A DNA stretch of 64,000 bases from an uncultured Acidobacteriota bacterium (GCA_963822445.1 CAWGHO010000002.1:1-64000), one strand, 5' to 3'; numbered from the stretch's first letter, positions 21,526 through 32,730 are shown. Numbers and translations are program-made. Notes: generated by a model from the sequence alone, not told the origin.

Positions 21526-22278
21526 GTGGCCGGCCGCGCCGTCATCGAGATCCGCGACCTCGTCAAGATCTACCACCTCGGCGAGGTCGACGTCCGCGCG
21601 CTCGACGGCGTGGACATCTCCGTCGAGGAAGGGGAGTTCATCGCCATCATGGGACCGTCCGGCTCGGGCAAGTCGACGCTGATGAACATCATCGGCTGCC
21701 TCGACCGCCCCACCAGCGGGACGTACGTGCTCGACGGCGAGGACGTCTCCCAACTGAGCCGCGACAATCGCGCGCTGATCCGCAACGCGAAGATCGGCTT
21801 CGTCTTTCAGAGCTTCAACCTCCTAGCGCGAACGTCGGCGACGGAGAACGTCGAATTACCGTTGCTCTACGGCGATCTCGGATTCACCCGCAAGCAGCGC
21901 CACGACGCCGCGCGCGGAGCGCTGCATCGCGTCGGTCTGCAGGGACGCGAAGGCAATTACCCCTCGCAGTTGTCGGGCGGCCAGCAACAGCGCGTGGCCA
22001 TCGCCCGCGCGCTCGTGACCAATCCCGCGATCGTCCTCGCCGACGAGCCGACCGGCAATCTCGACTCCCGCACGTCGATCGAGATCATGGGCATCTTTCA
22101 GGACCTCAACGACAGCGGCAAGACCATCGTGCTGATCACCCACGAGCAGGACATCGCCCAGCACGCCAAACGCGTCGTCCACGTGCGCGACGGAAAGATT
22201 CAGCAGGACGAGTTCATTCAGCAGCACAGGATCGAGCGCGGCGGGATTCCCGCGCCCGTGGCACCGGTGGCGAGATGA
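21526..22278 (+). CDS. MacB/LolD-type ABC ATP-binding protein
   Basis: [24 protein letters not shown] and [10 protein letters not shown] motifs. Confidence 0.95.
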   Translation: MAGRAVIEIRDLVKIYHLGEVDVRALDGVDISVEEGEFIAIMGPSGSGKSTLMNIIGCLDRPTSGTYVLDGEDVSQLSRDNRALIRNAKIGFVFQSFNLLARTSATENVELPLLYGDLGFTRKQRHDAARGALHRVGLQGREGNYPSQLSGGQQQRVAIARALVTNPAIVLADEPTGNLDSRTSIEIMGIFQDLNDSGKTIVLITHEQDIAQHAKRVVHVRDGKIQQDEFIQQHRIERGGIPAPVAPVAR

Positions 22279-22366
22279 AGTCTCAGAGTCTCAGAGTCGC
22301 AGAGTCTCAAAGACCCGTCCGCCCGTCCTTTCTCTGCGACTTTGCGACTCTGAGACTCTGAGACTT
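22278..22366. repeat. Octamer-unit palindromic element, family C, copy 2
   Basis: AGTCTCAG AGTCTCAG AGTCGCAG AGTCTCAA ... CTGCGACT TTGCGACT CTGAGACT CTGAGACT. Confidence 0.85.
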
Positions 22367-22369
22367 CCT

Positions 22370-23614
<1,245 letters not shown>

Positions 23615-23747
23615 AGCCGAAAAGGCCGTCCCGTGCCCAAAACTTGCGTCCGCATCGGACTCTCCGGCCCGTACGACCGGCTCTGCAACCTCAGGTAATT
23701 TTCGGGCGAGTGTTTTCCCACGGCGGGATGTCAGGCATACTCGATGT

Positions 23748-24068
23748 ATGACCTCAGCAACTCACCACGCATCACCGACGTTCCTGCTTCAGTTCCAAGA
23801 AACGCACGTTGCGTCTAGCGATCGCACGGTATTGTGCGGAACTGAGACACGCACGGAGACGATCGAATCCTCTGATCAAGATCCGCGTGGGCTCGCACCT
23901 ATCCTCATGGCTACGCGCACCGCTACGCAGACCATCGAAACCGCAGATCAAGATCCACAGATCCTCGCTGCGACTGCGAGTCATACGCTCACGATCGAGG
24001 AACCGGACCAAGATCCCAGTCCGCGGAGCTACTACGCGATCCCTCGACCACCATGCTCCTCGTCCTGA
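23748..24068 (+). CDS. Graspetide (ATP-grasp RiPP) precursor, 106 aa, three core repeats
   Basis: Leader with PTFLLQFQE; cores TETRTETIESSDQD, TRTATQTIETADQD and TASHTLTIEEPDQD; overlaps the ATP-grasp gene start. Confidence 0.88.
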   Translation: MTSATHHASPTFLLQFQETHVASSDRTVLCGTETRTETIESSDQDPRGLAPILMATRTATQTIETADQDPQILAATASHTLTIEEPDQDPSPRSYYAIPRPPCSSS

Positions 24069-24997
24069 CGTCGAGCGGGGATGTCACAGCCGACTATCTG
24101 ACGGCGAAGTTGGCAACGGCGGGTGTTCCATTTGCGCGCCTCGACACGGATACCTGTGCAGCAACAGCGCGTGTTTCGTACGACGACGGCGATGTGCGGT
24201 TGACACTCGACGACAGCAGTTGGCGGCCGGCGGACATCCATACCATCTGGTTGCGTCGCCCCAAGGAAATTCTGATCGACATCGGCGGCGACGAGACAGA
24301 ACGCGTGCACGTTGCGAACGAATGGAGCGAAGCAATTGAGGGATTCCTTGCCCACGTCCCACCCGATCGGTGGATGAATCATCCGACTCGGAACGTTCTC
24401 GCGTCGCATAAGCTTGAGCAACTCAGTCGAGCGAGAGCTGCGGGTCTCATTGTTCCACCGACACTAGTGACGCAGAATCGCGAAGAGCTTGATCGTTTCT
24501 GGACCGCACAGAACGGTCGCGTCGTCGCTAAACCGCTGGCGTCCGGCTATCTCGAGCGCCCGAACGGTACGGTGACGTCGATCTACACGAACCGTGTTTT
24601 CTCGCGACATCTGGACGCGGCGCCCCTGGGTTCTTGCCCGACCCTTTTTCAAGCGGAAGTCACGAAGGATCTCGACGTTCGCGTGACCTTTGTAGACGAG
24701 CGAATTACGGCTGTCGGCATGCGGCGTCATGACAACGGCGCGCAGATTGTCGATATCCGGCGCGACAACATGCAGCACGTCCAATACGTACCGATGACGA
24801 TGCCGGATTCCGTCGCCATGGCGCTCCGTGCTGTCATCGAGTCCTATGGGCTCCGCTTCGCGGCGGTGGATTTCGCAATCACGCCCGAGGGAGAGTGGAT
24901 CTTCTTCGAGATCAACCCCAACGGCCAGTGGGCGTGGACCGACCTAGCAGGAGCGACCGCGATCTGGCAGGACTTTGTTCATGCGTTTGCTGCGTAA
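24053..24997 (+). CDS. MvdC/MvdD-like ATP-grasp peptide macrocyclase
   Basis: [32 protein letters not shown]...GL.VPPTLVT, VAKPL, PTLFQ, DVRVT and [12 protein letters not shown] motifs. Confidence 0.92.
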   Translation: MLLVLTSSGDVTADYLTAKLATAGVPFARLDTDTCAATARVSYDDGDVRLTLDDSSWRPADIHTIWLRRPKEILIDIGGDETERVHVANEWSEAIEGFLAHVPPDRWMNHPTRNVLASHKLEQLSRARAAGLIVPPTLVTQNREELDRFWTAQNGRVVAKPLASGYLERPNGTVTSIYTNRVFSRHLDAAPLGSCPTLFQAEVTKDLDVRVTFVDERITAVGMRRHDNGAQIVDIRRDNMQHVQYVPMTMPDSVAMALRAVIESYGLRFAAVDFAITPEGEWIFFEINPNGQWAWTDLAGATAIWQDFVHAFAA

Positions 24998-25769
24998 CTT
25001 CATAGGCGAGGTGTTCAATGTTTGCTTTTGGCTCGCCCTTCGCCTTTGCGGCATCGAGTGTTCGCTGCGGTCAGTCCGAGAGCGTCGTTACGACAAAGCT
25101 CCGCCGGTCCCCGATCTCGCGTCGTTGAAACCGACGGATACGCTCAATGAGGCGGCGAAGAGTGAACTTGCCAGCGCAGAGAATCGACGAAAGATCGTCG
25201 ATGACAAGGCGCGTATGTTGCTGACGCTCGTCGGACTACTCATCCCTGTGACGGTCACCCTCGCCTCGCGCATAGCGTGGCCATCAATGATTACTCTTCC
25301 GCTTGTGTGCTTTCTCTTCTCCGCGCTGCTTCTGATTGGATATCTCGGCGTCGGGAAGGGAATGCACTTGACGGTGAGTGTCGAGGAGGTTGGGTATGAC
25401 GAGGATCGCCTCACTCGACAGGTGATCCACGACACGTTGTTGAGTGCGAGGGCCACGGAACAGGCGACAGATTTCCTTGTGGATGTGTATCGCGCAGGAC
25501 TGCGTGCGTTGTTTGCTGGGCTTCTTTGTGTCGTAGCGATAGCCGTGACCGCCTACATGCTTCCAAACGAGGCTACCGCGCGTGTGATCCAGCAACTTCG
25601 CAGTGATCCTGCACTTCTCCGCGAACTGCGTGGCCCGCAAGGGCCGCCCGGCCCTGCGGGCCCTAAGGGTCCGCAGGGCGAACCCGGCAAGCCGGGGCCG
25701 CCCGGGCCTCCGGGATCTCCCGGACGTGCAGGCGCGGCGACAACGACAGGATCAGGATCGGCGCGCTAA
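24981..25769 (+). CDS. Membrane protein with a C-terminal collagen-like (Gly-X-Y)11 tail
   Basis: Three to four hydrophobic helices; [33 protein letters not shown]; overlaps the ATP-grasp stop. Confidence 0.75.
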   Translation: MRLLRNFIGEVFNVCFWLALRLCGIECSLRSVRERRYDKAPPVPDLASLKPTDTLNEAAKSELASAENRRKIVDDKARMLLTLVGLLIPVTVTLASRIAWPSMITLPLVCFLFSALLLIGYLGVGKGMHLTVSVEEVGYDEDRLTRQVIHDTLLSARATEQATDFLVDVYRAGLRALFAGLLCVVAIAVTAYMLPNEATARVIQQLRSDPALLRELRGPQGPPGPAGPKGPQGEPGKPGPPGPPGSPGRAGAATTTGSGSAR

Positions 25770-25815
25770 CGTCGGCGTCACTAACGAGTTTAGTGTGCCG
25801 CGGAGCGCACGTAGG

Positions 25816-25883
25816 CTTCGGGTTCTATCCGGCGCGGAAGGCATCGCGCCTCGATCCGATCGACGCCCTGCGCTACGAGTAAA
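25816..25883 (+). repeat. 68-bp direct repeat, right copy
   Basis: Duplicate of 23548-23615; contains the stop codon of the convergent TauE/SafE gene. Confidence 0.95.
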
Positions 25884-26586
25884 ACAACATCGAGACGCCG
25901 AGCGCGATCAGCAGCCCGGACACGACGCGCTTGAACGTGCTCTCGTCGAGGCGGCCCAGAATCATTCGCCCGGCGATGGTGCCGATCACGACGCCGATCG
26001 TGGCCACGAGCACCACGGGCCAGATCGCGAGCAGCTCGCGGCCGTGCGTGAAGAGATAAACCGGAACGCGCATGCCGTCGACGAAGAGCGCCACCGCCGT
26101 GGCCGTGGCGATGAACGCGTCCTTCGGCACATTGAAGCCCATCATCGCGCCGGCGCGGATGCCGCCCTGATTTCCAACCAGCCCGCCGAGCATCCCCGAC
26201 AGCGCGCCCGCGAACCACGCCGTGCGCCGGCCGAAGCGAATGGTGATCCCGATGAGGCCCGTGACTCCGGCGAAAATCAACAATGCCGCGAGCAAGTACG
26301 CGAGCGAGCGCCCGCCCATCCGCGAATGCAGGAGCGCGCCGGTGAGGCCGCCGATCGCGCTCGGCAGTCCGAAGGAAAGCAGCACCCGGCGATCGAGACT
26401 CTTCCGCAGAAACCAGAATCGCAACGCCGTGCCGATGACATGCGGAATCGCCACCGCGGCCACGGCGACCTTCATCCCGTAACGCACCGCCAGAAGCGGC
26501 GTGATGACGCTGCCGATGCCGAAGCCGGCAAGCGACGCCACGATCCCGCCGAATGCGGACGCGATCGCGACGATCAGCTCGAACAT
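25873..26586 (-). CDS. TauE/SafE (sulfite exporter) family membrane protein
   Basis: GIVASLAGFGIG and GMLGGLVGNQGG repeats; about eight TM helices. Confidence 0.85.
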   Translation of the reverse strand: MFELIVAIASAFGGIVASLAGFGIGSVITPLLAVRYGMKVAVAAVAIPHVIGTALRFWFLRKSLDRRVLLSFGLPSAIGGLTGALLHSRMGGRSLAYLLAALLIFAGVTGLIGITIRFGRRTAWFAGALSGMLGGLVGNQGGIRAGAMMGFNVPKDAFIATATAVALFVDGMRVPVYLFTHGRELLAIWPVVLVATIGVVIGTIAGRMILGRLDESTFKRVVSGLLIALGVSMLFYS

Positions 26587-26993
26587 CAGGAGTTCAATTG
26601 CGGACGCGGTGCATTCTGCAGGGTCTCGGGCAGCTTCGCCGCGCAGCAGACCTTCTCCAGCGCGAGGCGGTCGCGTTGCATCTGCCGGTCGCGCTCAAGC
26701 GCGCTGAGGGTCGATTCGAGAACCTTGGCGTGGGCGGGATCGGCCGGTTTGGCGATGCTGTAGTGAATCCACTTCCCGTCGCGCCGCGCGTTCACCACAC
26801 CGGCGCGGCGCAGATACGCGAGATGGCGGGAGACTTTCGGCTGGCTCTCGCCGAGGATCTCGACGAAATAACAGACGCAGACCTCCCCGGCGCTCAGCAG
26901 GTTCAGAACGCGGAGTCTGGTGCGGTCGGCGAGGGCCGCGAATAGGGTCACCAGATCGGCTTGCACGATTGGTTTCACGGGGCGATTATACAT
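26586..26993 (-). CDS. ArsR/SmtB metalloregulator
   Basis: FAALADRTRLRVL, EVCVCYF, SQPKVSRHLAYLR and C-terminal CC. Confidence 0.9.
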   Translation of the reverse strand: MYNRPVKPIVQADLVTLFAALADRTRLRVLNLLSAGEVCVCYFVEILGESQPKVSRHLAYLRRAGVVNARRDGKWIHYSIAKPADPAHAKVLESTLSALERDRQMQRDRLALEKVCCAAKLPETLQNAPRPQLNS

Positions 26994-27066
26994 GCGGATG
27001 CGCGAATACGAAAGCTGACACCGGAACCGGAATAGCCTTTCCCCTCAATCGATTAAGATCGCTCGA

Positions 27067-28449
27067 ATGCGTGGAACTCATGGATGGGCTGAAGTGTCTC
27101 GCGAGCGCAAGCGCGAGATCATCGACGCCATCGTCGCCAACAAGCCGACGCGCGGGCCGGTGCATGCCGAGCTCGACCTCACCGACCGCTGCAACGTGGC
27201 CTGCTACTTCTGCAACCAGCAGGACTTGCGGACCAAGGAGTCGATTCCTCTGCCCCGCCTCACCGACCTCATCGATGAGCTGGCGGAAACGGGACTCAAA
27301 TCGGTGCGCCTCTCCGGCGGCGGCGACCCTCTGTTTCACAAGGACGTCCTGAACGTCATCGATCACCTCGCCACGCGCAACGTCATCGTCGACAACGTCA
27401 CCACCAATGGCGTGGCCATGACCACGGAAGTCGCCACCCGCCTGGTGAAGGGCAACGCCCGCGAGGTGATCTTCTCGCTCAACGCGGCCGATCCCACCGA
27501 TTACGCCCGGATGATGAAGGTCAAGCCGGCGCTGTTCGACAAGGTCGTCGAGAACATCAAGAACCTCATCGCCATCCGCGGCGACTCGATGTATCCGTCG
27601 GTGGTCATCCAGTTTCTGATCGACCGCTACAACGTGGACCGCATCGTCGACATGTACGAGCTGGCCCGCTCCATCGGCCCCGATCGCGCGGCCATCAACG
27701 CCGTTCTGGAGATCCCAATGGAGCGCATCGATCGCGACCGTCTCCTCGGACCCGACGATCGTTACGCCGCCGAAGCGCAGGTGGAAGAAGTCATCCGCCG
27801 CGACAAAGACGTGGGCATGCTGCAGATCGATTTCGCCATCGCCGGCTGGAACGAGATGCTCACCGCCGTCCGCGAGCGCGTCGGCTCGCCGGCGCACAAC
27901 ATGTACCCGATCGCCAAGTCGTTCAAGAACGAGAACGGCGGCTGCTTCTTCGCCTGGTACACCGCGGCCATCACCGGTAACGGCGACATCCGCCCCTGCT
28001 GCCTCCTCCTGAATCCGAACGTGAAGCCCCTCGGCAACATCAACGACGGCGGCAAGTTCGCCGATCACTGGAACGGCCCCGAGTTCGGGAAGATGCGCGA
28101 CGAGATGCGCGAAGTGATGCTGCGCAAGAACAAGATGCAGTACTCGCCGACGAAGTTCCAGGTCATCAAGGAGCCGTGCGTGACCGACGGCCTTTGCTGG
28201 CTGAAGAACATGTACTTCCGCGCGGACGAAGAGTTCTACCAGGAGCTCGACGAGAAGCTGACCGAGGCCCGGAAGAAAGAGATCCGCTTCGTCACCGGCA
28301 ACAACGTCCAGCGCAAGCGGGCCGCGGAGCTCTTCATCCAGGAGCATCCCAAGCTGAAGCGCTCCTGGGACTGGCTGCGCGAGAGCAGCCGCCCGGCGCG
28401 GGTCTTCCTGAAGTCGAAGCTCGGCGTAGATCTGACCGACGCGGTGTAG
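27067..28449 (+). CDS. Radical SAM protein with SPASM/Twitch-like domain
   Basis: CNVACYFC (CxxxCxxC), SGGGDP, TTNG and C-terminal GCFFAW...GDIRPCC...LGNI. Confidence 0.88.
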   Translation: MRGTHGWAEVSRERKREIIDAIVANKPTRGPVHAELDLTDRCNVACYFCNQQDLRTKESIPLPRLTDLIDELAETGLKSVRLSGGGDPLFHKDVLNVIDHLATRNVIVDNVTTNGVAMTTEVATRLVKGNAREVIFSLNAADPTDYARMMKVKPALFDKVVENIKNLIAIRGDSMYPSVVIQFLIDRYNVDRIVDMYELARSIGPDRAAINAVLEIPMERIDRDRLLGPDDRYAAEAQVEEVIRRDKDVGMLQIDFAIAGWNEMLTAVRERVGSPAHNMYPIAKSFKNENGGCFFAWYTAAITGNGDIRPCCLLLNPNVKPLGNINDGGKFADHWNGPEFGKMRDEMREVMLRKNKMQYSPTKFQVIKEPCVTDGLCWLKNMYFRADEEFYQELDEKLTEARKKEIRFVTGNNVQRKRAAELFIQEHPKLKRSWDWLRESSRPARVFLKSKLGVDLTDAV

Positions 28450-28465
28450 CCGTTACACTTTCGCG

Positions 28466-30121
28466 GTGCCCTCGGCGATCGTCTGTGACAGCCTCACGCG
28501 CGATTTCGGCCCCGTCCGCGCCCTCGATGCTCTGACTCTCTCCGTTCCCGAAGGCTCGATCTTCGCCTTCCTGGGCCCGAACGGCGCCGGCAAAACCACC
28601 ACCATCCATCTCCTTCTCGGCATCATCGAGCCGACCAGCGGCTCCGCCCGCGTCCTCGGATTCGATCCCGCGCAGGACGGCCATGACATCCGCCGCCGCT
28701 CCGGTGCATTGCTCGAGCATCCCGGTCTGTACGAACGCCTTTCGGCCGAGGACAACCTGCGTTTCTACGCGCGCGTCGCGCATCTCTCGCGCGAGGAGAC
28801 CGACGAGCGCATTCGCGAGCTGCTGACCCGCTTCGGCCTTTACGAGCGGCGCGGCGACAGCGTCGGCACCTGGAGCCGCGGCATGAAGCAGAAGCTGGCC
28901 ATCGCCCGCGCGCTCATTCATCGGCCGTCGCTGGTCTTTCTCGATGAGCCGACCGCCGGCCTCGATCCGGAATCGACAGTCGCGCTGCGCCGCGACATCA
29001 CCGCGCTCGGCACGACCGTGTTTCTCACGACGCACAACCTCAGCGACGTCGAGAAGATGGCCACGCACGTTGCAGTGATCCGCAGCGGTCAGCTGCTCGA
29101 CTTCGGCTCGCCCGCGGAGCTGCGCAAGCGGGCCATGCGCTCCCACGTGACCATCCGCATGCAGGATCGCGAGCCGCTCGTCGTTGAGGTCGCGGCCGGC
29201 GAAAGCGTGGCGCCCATCGTCACGAAACTGGTGACCGAAGGCGCGCAGATCGAGGAAGTGAGACGCGAGGAAGCGTCACTGGAGGATGTTTTCCTGCACC
29301 TCGTCCGCAACGTAGAGCAGACACTCCTGTCTGCTCCTCAACCAGAACCGGAGCAGACAGGAGTGTCTGCTCTACGTTTCCCCCGCCAGCCCATCTTCCG
29401 CGACATCCTCACCATCATGCGCAAGGAATGGCGCGAGATCCTGAACGCCAGCGGCTCGGGGTCGAGCACGCGAACCAACGTCGCCGTCGGCACGGCCATG
29501 CTGATCTTTTGCGTAGGTCTCGCCGTGCTCATGCCGTCGGACGTGATCGCCCACCCGGCCGTCCTGTCCGTGACGACGATTCCGTACATCATCATCCTCG
29601 CCGCGGTCGTCGATTCCTTTCCGGGTGAACGCGAGCGCCACACTCTTGAAACCCTGCTCGCCAGCGCCATCCCCGACGAAGCGTTGCTCCTCGGCAAGAT
29701 CCTGGCGAGCGTCGTCTGGAGCTGGGTCTTCGTGCTGCTCATCCTCGCGGCGGTGCTCATCGGCGCGAACGTCAAAAACTATCCGACGATGTATCCGCCG
29801 TCGACGCTCGTCGCCGCCCTGATCGCCACGCCGCTTTCGCTGGTCCTCTTCTCGACCGCCGGCGTGCTGGTCTGCATGAAACTGCCGACCGTGCGCGCCG
29901 CCCAGCCGCGCGTCACGGCCATGTTCATGGGCGTCTTCATCCTCGCGGTCATCCTCGGCAAGGTCATGCCTGAGGAATGGCGCCAGCAGGCGAAGACGAT
30001 GATCAGCAACGAGAGCAGCCGCCTCTACGCCTTCGCGACGCAGACCGTCATCCTGGTCGTGCTCAACCTGATCCTGCTGGTCTTCGCGATGATGCGCTTC
30101 AGACGTTCTCGTCTGATCTGA
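28466..30121 (+). CDS. Fused ABC-2 type ATPase and permease
   Basis: [25 protein letters not shown] and SLEDVF, then permease KEWRE...GERERHTLETLL...GK in a single frame. Confidence 0.88.
   Translation: MPSAIVCDSLTRDFGPVRALDALTLSVPEGSIFAFLGPNGAGKTTTIHLLLGIIEPTSGSARVLGFDPAQDGHDIRRRSGALLEHPGLYERLSAEDNLRFYARVAHLSREETDERIRELLTRFGLYERRGDSVGTWSRGMKQKLAIARALIHRPSLVFLDEPTAGLDPESTVALRRDITALGTTVFLTTHNLSDVEKMATHVAVIRSGQLLDFGSPAELRKRAMRSHVTIRMQDREPLVVEVAAGESVAPIVTKLVTEGAQIEEVRREEASLEDVFLHLVRNVEQTLLSAPQPEPEQTGVSALRFPRQPIFRDILTIMRKEWREILNASGSGSSTRTNVAVGTAMLIFCVGLAVLMPSDVIAHPAVLSVTTIPYIIILAAVVDSFPGERERHTLETLLASAIPDEALLLGKILASVVWSWVFVLLILAAVLIGANVKNYPTMYPPSTLVAALIATPLSLVLFSTAGVLVCMKLPTVRAAQPRVTAMFMGVFILAVILGKVMPEEWRQQAKTMISNESSRLYAFATQTVILVVLNLILLVFAMMRFRRSRLI
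29309..29378. repeat. REP-like perfect palindrome, family D, inside the coding sequence
   Basis: 29-bp arms AACGTAGAGCAGACACTCCTGTCTGCTCC / GGAGCAGACAGGAGTGTCTGCTCTACGTT with a 12-nt loop. Confidence 0.92.
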
Positions 30122-32102
30122 CGCGCCGCGTCGAATCGACCCACAGGTACACGCACAGCCCGATGAACAGCACCAGCGACACGACCTGCGACACGGTGTC
30201 GTTGTCGTAGAACGGCGTCTTGATGTTGTCCTCGGCATACCAGGGGAACAGCCGCAGAGCCGCGCCGAACACACCTCCCAGCGCACCGCCGGCCATCAGT
30301 CCGGAGGCGATGATCACGCCGCGCTCTCGCATGGTGCGGCCGCGCGCGCCTCCCTCGCGCTCCGAGCGTTTCGTAATCAGATGGGACAGCCATCCGCCGA
30401 CGAGCGCCGGCGTGTTGAGCTCCAGCGGCAGGTACATGCCGAGTGCAAAGACCAGCGCCGGCACGCCGAGCATCTCCATGGCCACGGCCACCATCGCGCC
30501 GGCGACGAACAGCACGTACGCGATCGGCTGGCGATTCATGAAGCCTTCGACGAGCGCCTGCATGATCGACGCTTGCGGCGCCGCGAGCACCTGGCGCGTA
30601 TCGCCGGGCGCGGCTTCGCCGAACTGGAACACGCGCGCGAGCATGACGATGGTCAGACCGACAGCGATGGCCGCGCCGATCACGCCGATGAATTTCACCT
30701 TCTCCTGCGCCGAAGGCGTGGAGCCGAGCCAGTAACCGGTCTTGAGATCGGTGATGGTCTGACCCGACACCGACAGCGCCGTGCAGACCATTCCCGCGAT
30801 GGCCATCACGAAGAACATGCCTGTCGTTCCGGACAGACCGAACTGCAGCAGAACCGCGGACGAGATGATGATCGTCAGCATGGTCATGCCCGACACGGGA
30901 TTGCGTGCGGTGGTGGCGATCGCGTTCGCGGCGACCGAGGTGAAGAAGAAGGAGAAGCCGAGCGTCAGAAGCAGGCCGGCGATCAGCACGCCGATGCTCG
31001 GCCGCAGCGTTCCGAAGAACACCGCGACGCCGATCGCGCCGAGGACCACGCCAACCAGGATCGACATCACGCTGATGTCGCGATCGGTGCGCTCACCCTG
31101 CCCCTCGCCCGCGCGGAACGCCTTCGCGGCCACGCTGAACGAGCCCGCGATGACCTTCATCGATTTGATGATTCCGAAGATGCCCGCGGTTGCGATCGCG
31201 CCCACGCCCATGTACCGCACGTAGCCGCGGAAGATCTGACTCGCGTCCATCTGCCCGATGGGAATCGTCGCCGGATAAACGGCCTCGGGGAACCGGCTGC
31301 CGATCAGGAAGATCAGCGGAACGAGTACGAAGTTCGAGAGGATGCCGCCGGCGACGAGGATCATCGACGAACGGAGACCCATGACGTAGCCGAGGCCGAG
31401 GATGAAGGCCACGGCGTCGAAGCGGACGACGATCTTCGTCTTCTCCGCGAGCGTTTTCATGGCCGGGATGAACTGGAAGTCGAGGAACTCCTTCCAGACC
31501 AGGAACGTAGTGACGAAGAAGTCGTAAATCGCGGAGATCGCGGTGGCCTGGAGCAGCAGTTTGGCCTGCGAGCCGCCTTTCTCGCCCGTCACGAGCACTT
31601 CCGTGATCGCCGTCGCCTCGGGATACGGAAGCGTGCCGTGCGTCTCGCGGACGAAGTAGCGCCGCAGCGGAATCAGGAACAGAACGCCGAGGCAGCCGCC
31701 GGCGAGGCAGATGAAGATCGTCTGCACCGGATGGGGATTGAGATTCAGGGAGTAGAGCGCGGGGAGCGTGAAGATGGCGCCGGCGACGACGGAACCGGAG
31801 ACGCCACCGATGCTGGTGATGATGACGTTCTCGAGAACCGTCGAACGGCGCCGGTAAACGCGAGCGAGACCGATGGCCAGAATCGAGATCGGAATCGCGG
31901 CTTCCATCACCTGGCCGACCTTCAGCCCGGAGTAGGCCGAGGCCACGGTGAAGATGATGCAGAGGAAGAAACCCCAGAGGATCGCTCGCCAGGTCGTTTC
32001 GGGCGGCGCCTGCTCGGCGGGGACCATCGGCTGGTAGACCTCGCCCGGCGCGAGCGGGACGTAGGCATTTTCGGGAAGCGATTTCGACTCGACAGCTTCC
32101 AT
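30099..32102 (-). CDS. OPT family oligopeptide transporter
   Basis: YSGLKVG, AIFTLPAL, LPYPEA, NPVSGMT, DLKTGYWLG, APQA and ASGLMAG motifs. Confidence 0.92.
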   Translation of the reverse strand: MEAVESKSLPENAYVPLAPGEVYQPMVPAEQAPPETTWRAILWGFFLCIIFTVASAYSGLKVGQVMEAAIPISILAIGLARVYRRRSTVLENVIITSIGGVSGSVVAGAIFTLPALYSLNLNPHPVQTIFICLAGGCLGVLFLIPLRRYFVRETHGTLPYPEATAITEVLVTGEKGGSQAKLLLQATAISAIYDFFVTTFLVWKEFLDFQFIPAMKTLAEKTKIVVRFDAVAFILGLGYVMGLRSSMILVAGGILSNFVLVPLIFLIGSRFPEAVYPATIPIGQMDASQIFRGYVRYMGVGAIATAGIFGIIKSMKVIAGSFSVAAKAFRAGEGQGERTDRDISVMSILVGVVLGAIGVAVFFGTLRPSIGVLIAGLLLTLGFSFFFTSVAANAIATTARNPVSGMTMLTIIISSAVLLQFGLSGTTGMFFVMAIAGMVCTALSVSGQTITDLKTGYWLGSTPSAQEKVKFIGVIGAAIAVGLTIVMLARVFQFGEAAPGDTRQVLAAPQASIMQALVEGFMNRQPIAYVLFVAGAMVAVAMEMLGVPALVFALGMYLPLELNTPALVGGWLSHLITKRSEREGGARGRTMRERGVIIASGLMAGGALGGVFGAALRLFPWYAEDNIKTPFYDNDTVSQVVSLVLFIGLCVYLWVDSTRRVRSDENV

Positions 32103-32165
32103 TCGACTCTCCCTCTTGTAGAGAAACGACTTAGTGCGGACTCGGCATTATAGAATCGGCCGATC

Positions 32166-32729
32166 ATGAAAAAGTTGCTTGCTTTTCTCGCCGTCGCCCT
32201 CCTTGCGCCCGCCGTCTTCGCCGATGACTCCCTTGTCAAAGAGCTCGAACGCACCGAAGCGAAACTGCTGAAGGCCGTCGAAGGCCTGTCTCCCGCGCAG
32301 TGGAGCTACAAGGCCGCGCCGGACCGCTGGTCGATCGGCGAATGCGTCGAGCACATCACCGCCTCCGAGCCGTTCATCCGGGGCATGATCGTGAAGTCGC
32401 TGGAGACACCGGCCGCGGCGGACGCGAAGAAGGACGAGATGGTCCTCAAAGCCATCGTCGACCGCTCGACGAAGTTCAAAGCGCCGGAGCCGCTGATTCC
32501 GACGAACAAGTACGCGACCGCCGCCGAGGCTCTCGCCGCGTACAAAAAGGAGCGCGCGGAGACGATCGCCCTTGCGAAAAGCGCCGCGGACTTTCGCGCG
32601 CACGGCAGCAATCACTTCGCCTTCGGCCCGCTCGACAGCTACGGCTGGGTGTTGTTCCTCTCCGCACACAGCGAACGGCACACGTTGCAGGTCGAGGAAG
32701 TGAAGACCGCCGAGGGCTATCCGAAATAG
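32166..32729 (+). CDS. Secreted DinB-family protein
   Basis: Signal peptide; WSIGECVEH and HSERH metal-binding His motifs. Confidence 0.85.
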   Translation: MKKLLAFLAVALLAPAVFADDSLVKELERTEAKLLKAVEGLSPAQWSYKAAPDRWSIGECVEHITASEPFIRGMIVKSLETPAAADAKKDEMVLKAIVDRSTKFKAPEPLIPTNKYATAAEALAAYKKERAETIALAKSAADFRAHGSNHFAFGPLDSYGWVLFLSAHSERHTLQVEEVKTAEGYPK

Positions 32730-32730
32730 C

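Larger units (their letters stand above)
23616..25883. mobile_element. Integrase-less genomic islet inserted at the macB 3' end, carrying a graspetide cluster
   Basis: Bounded by the 68-bp direct repeat; its genes visibly use more A/T-ending codons than the flanks. Confidence 0.75.

Noticed and set aside
27067-28449. Radical SAM/SPASM as a tailoring enzyme of the graspetide (grasp-with-SPASM)
   Set aside because: It lies outside the direct-repeat-bounded islet, is separated by two opposite-strand genes and has host-like codon usage.
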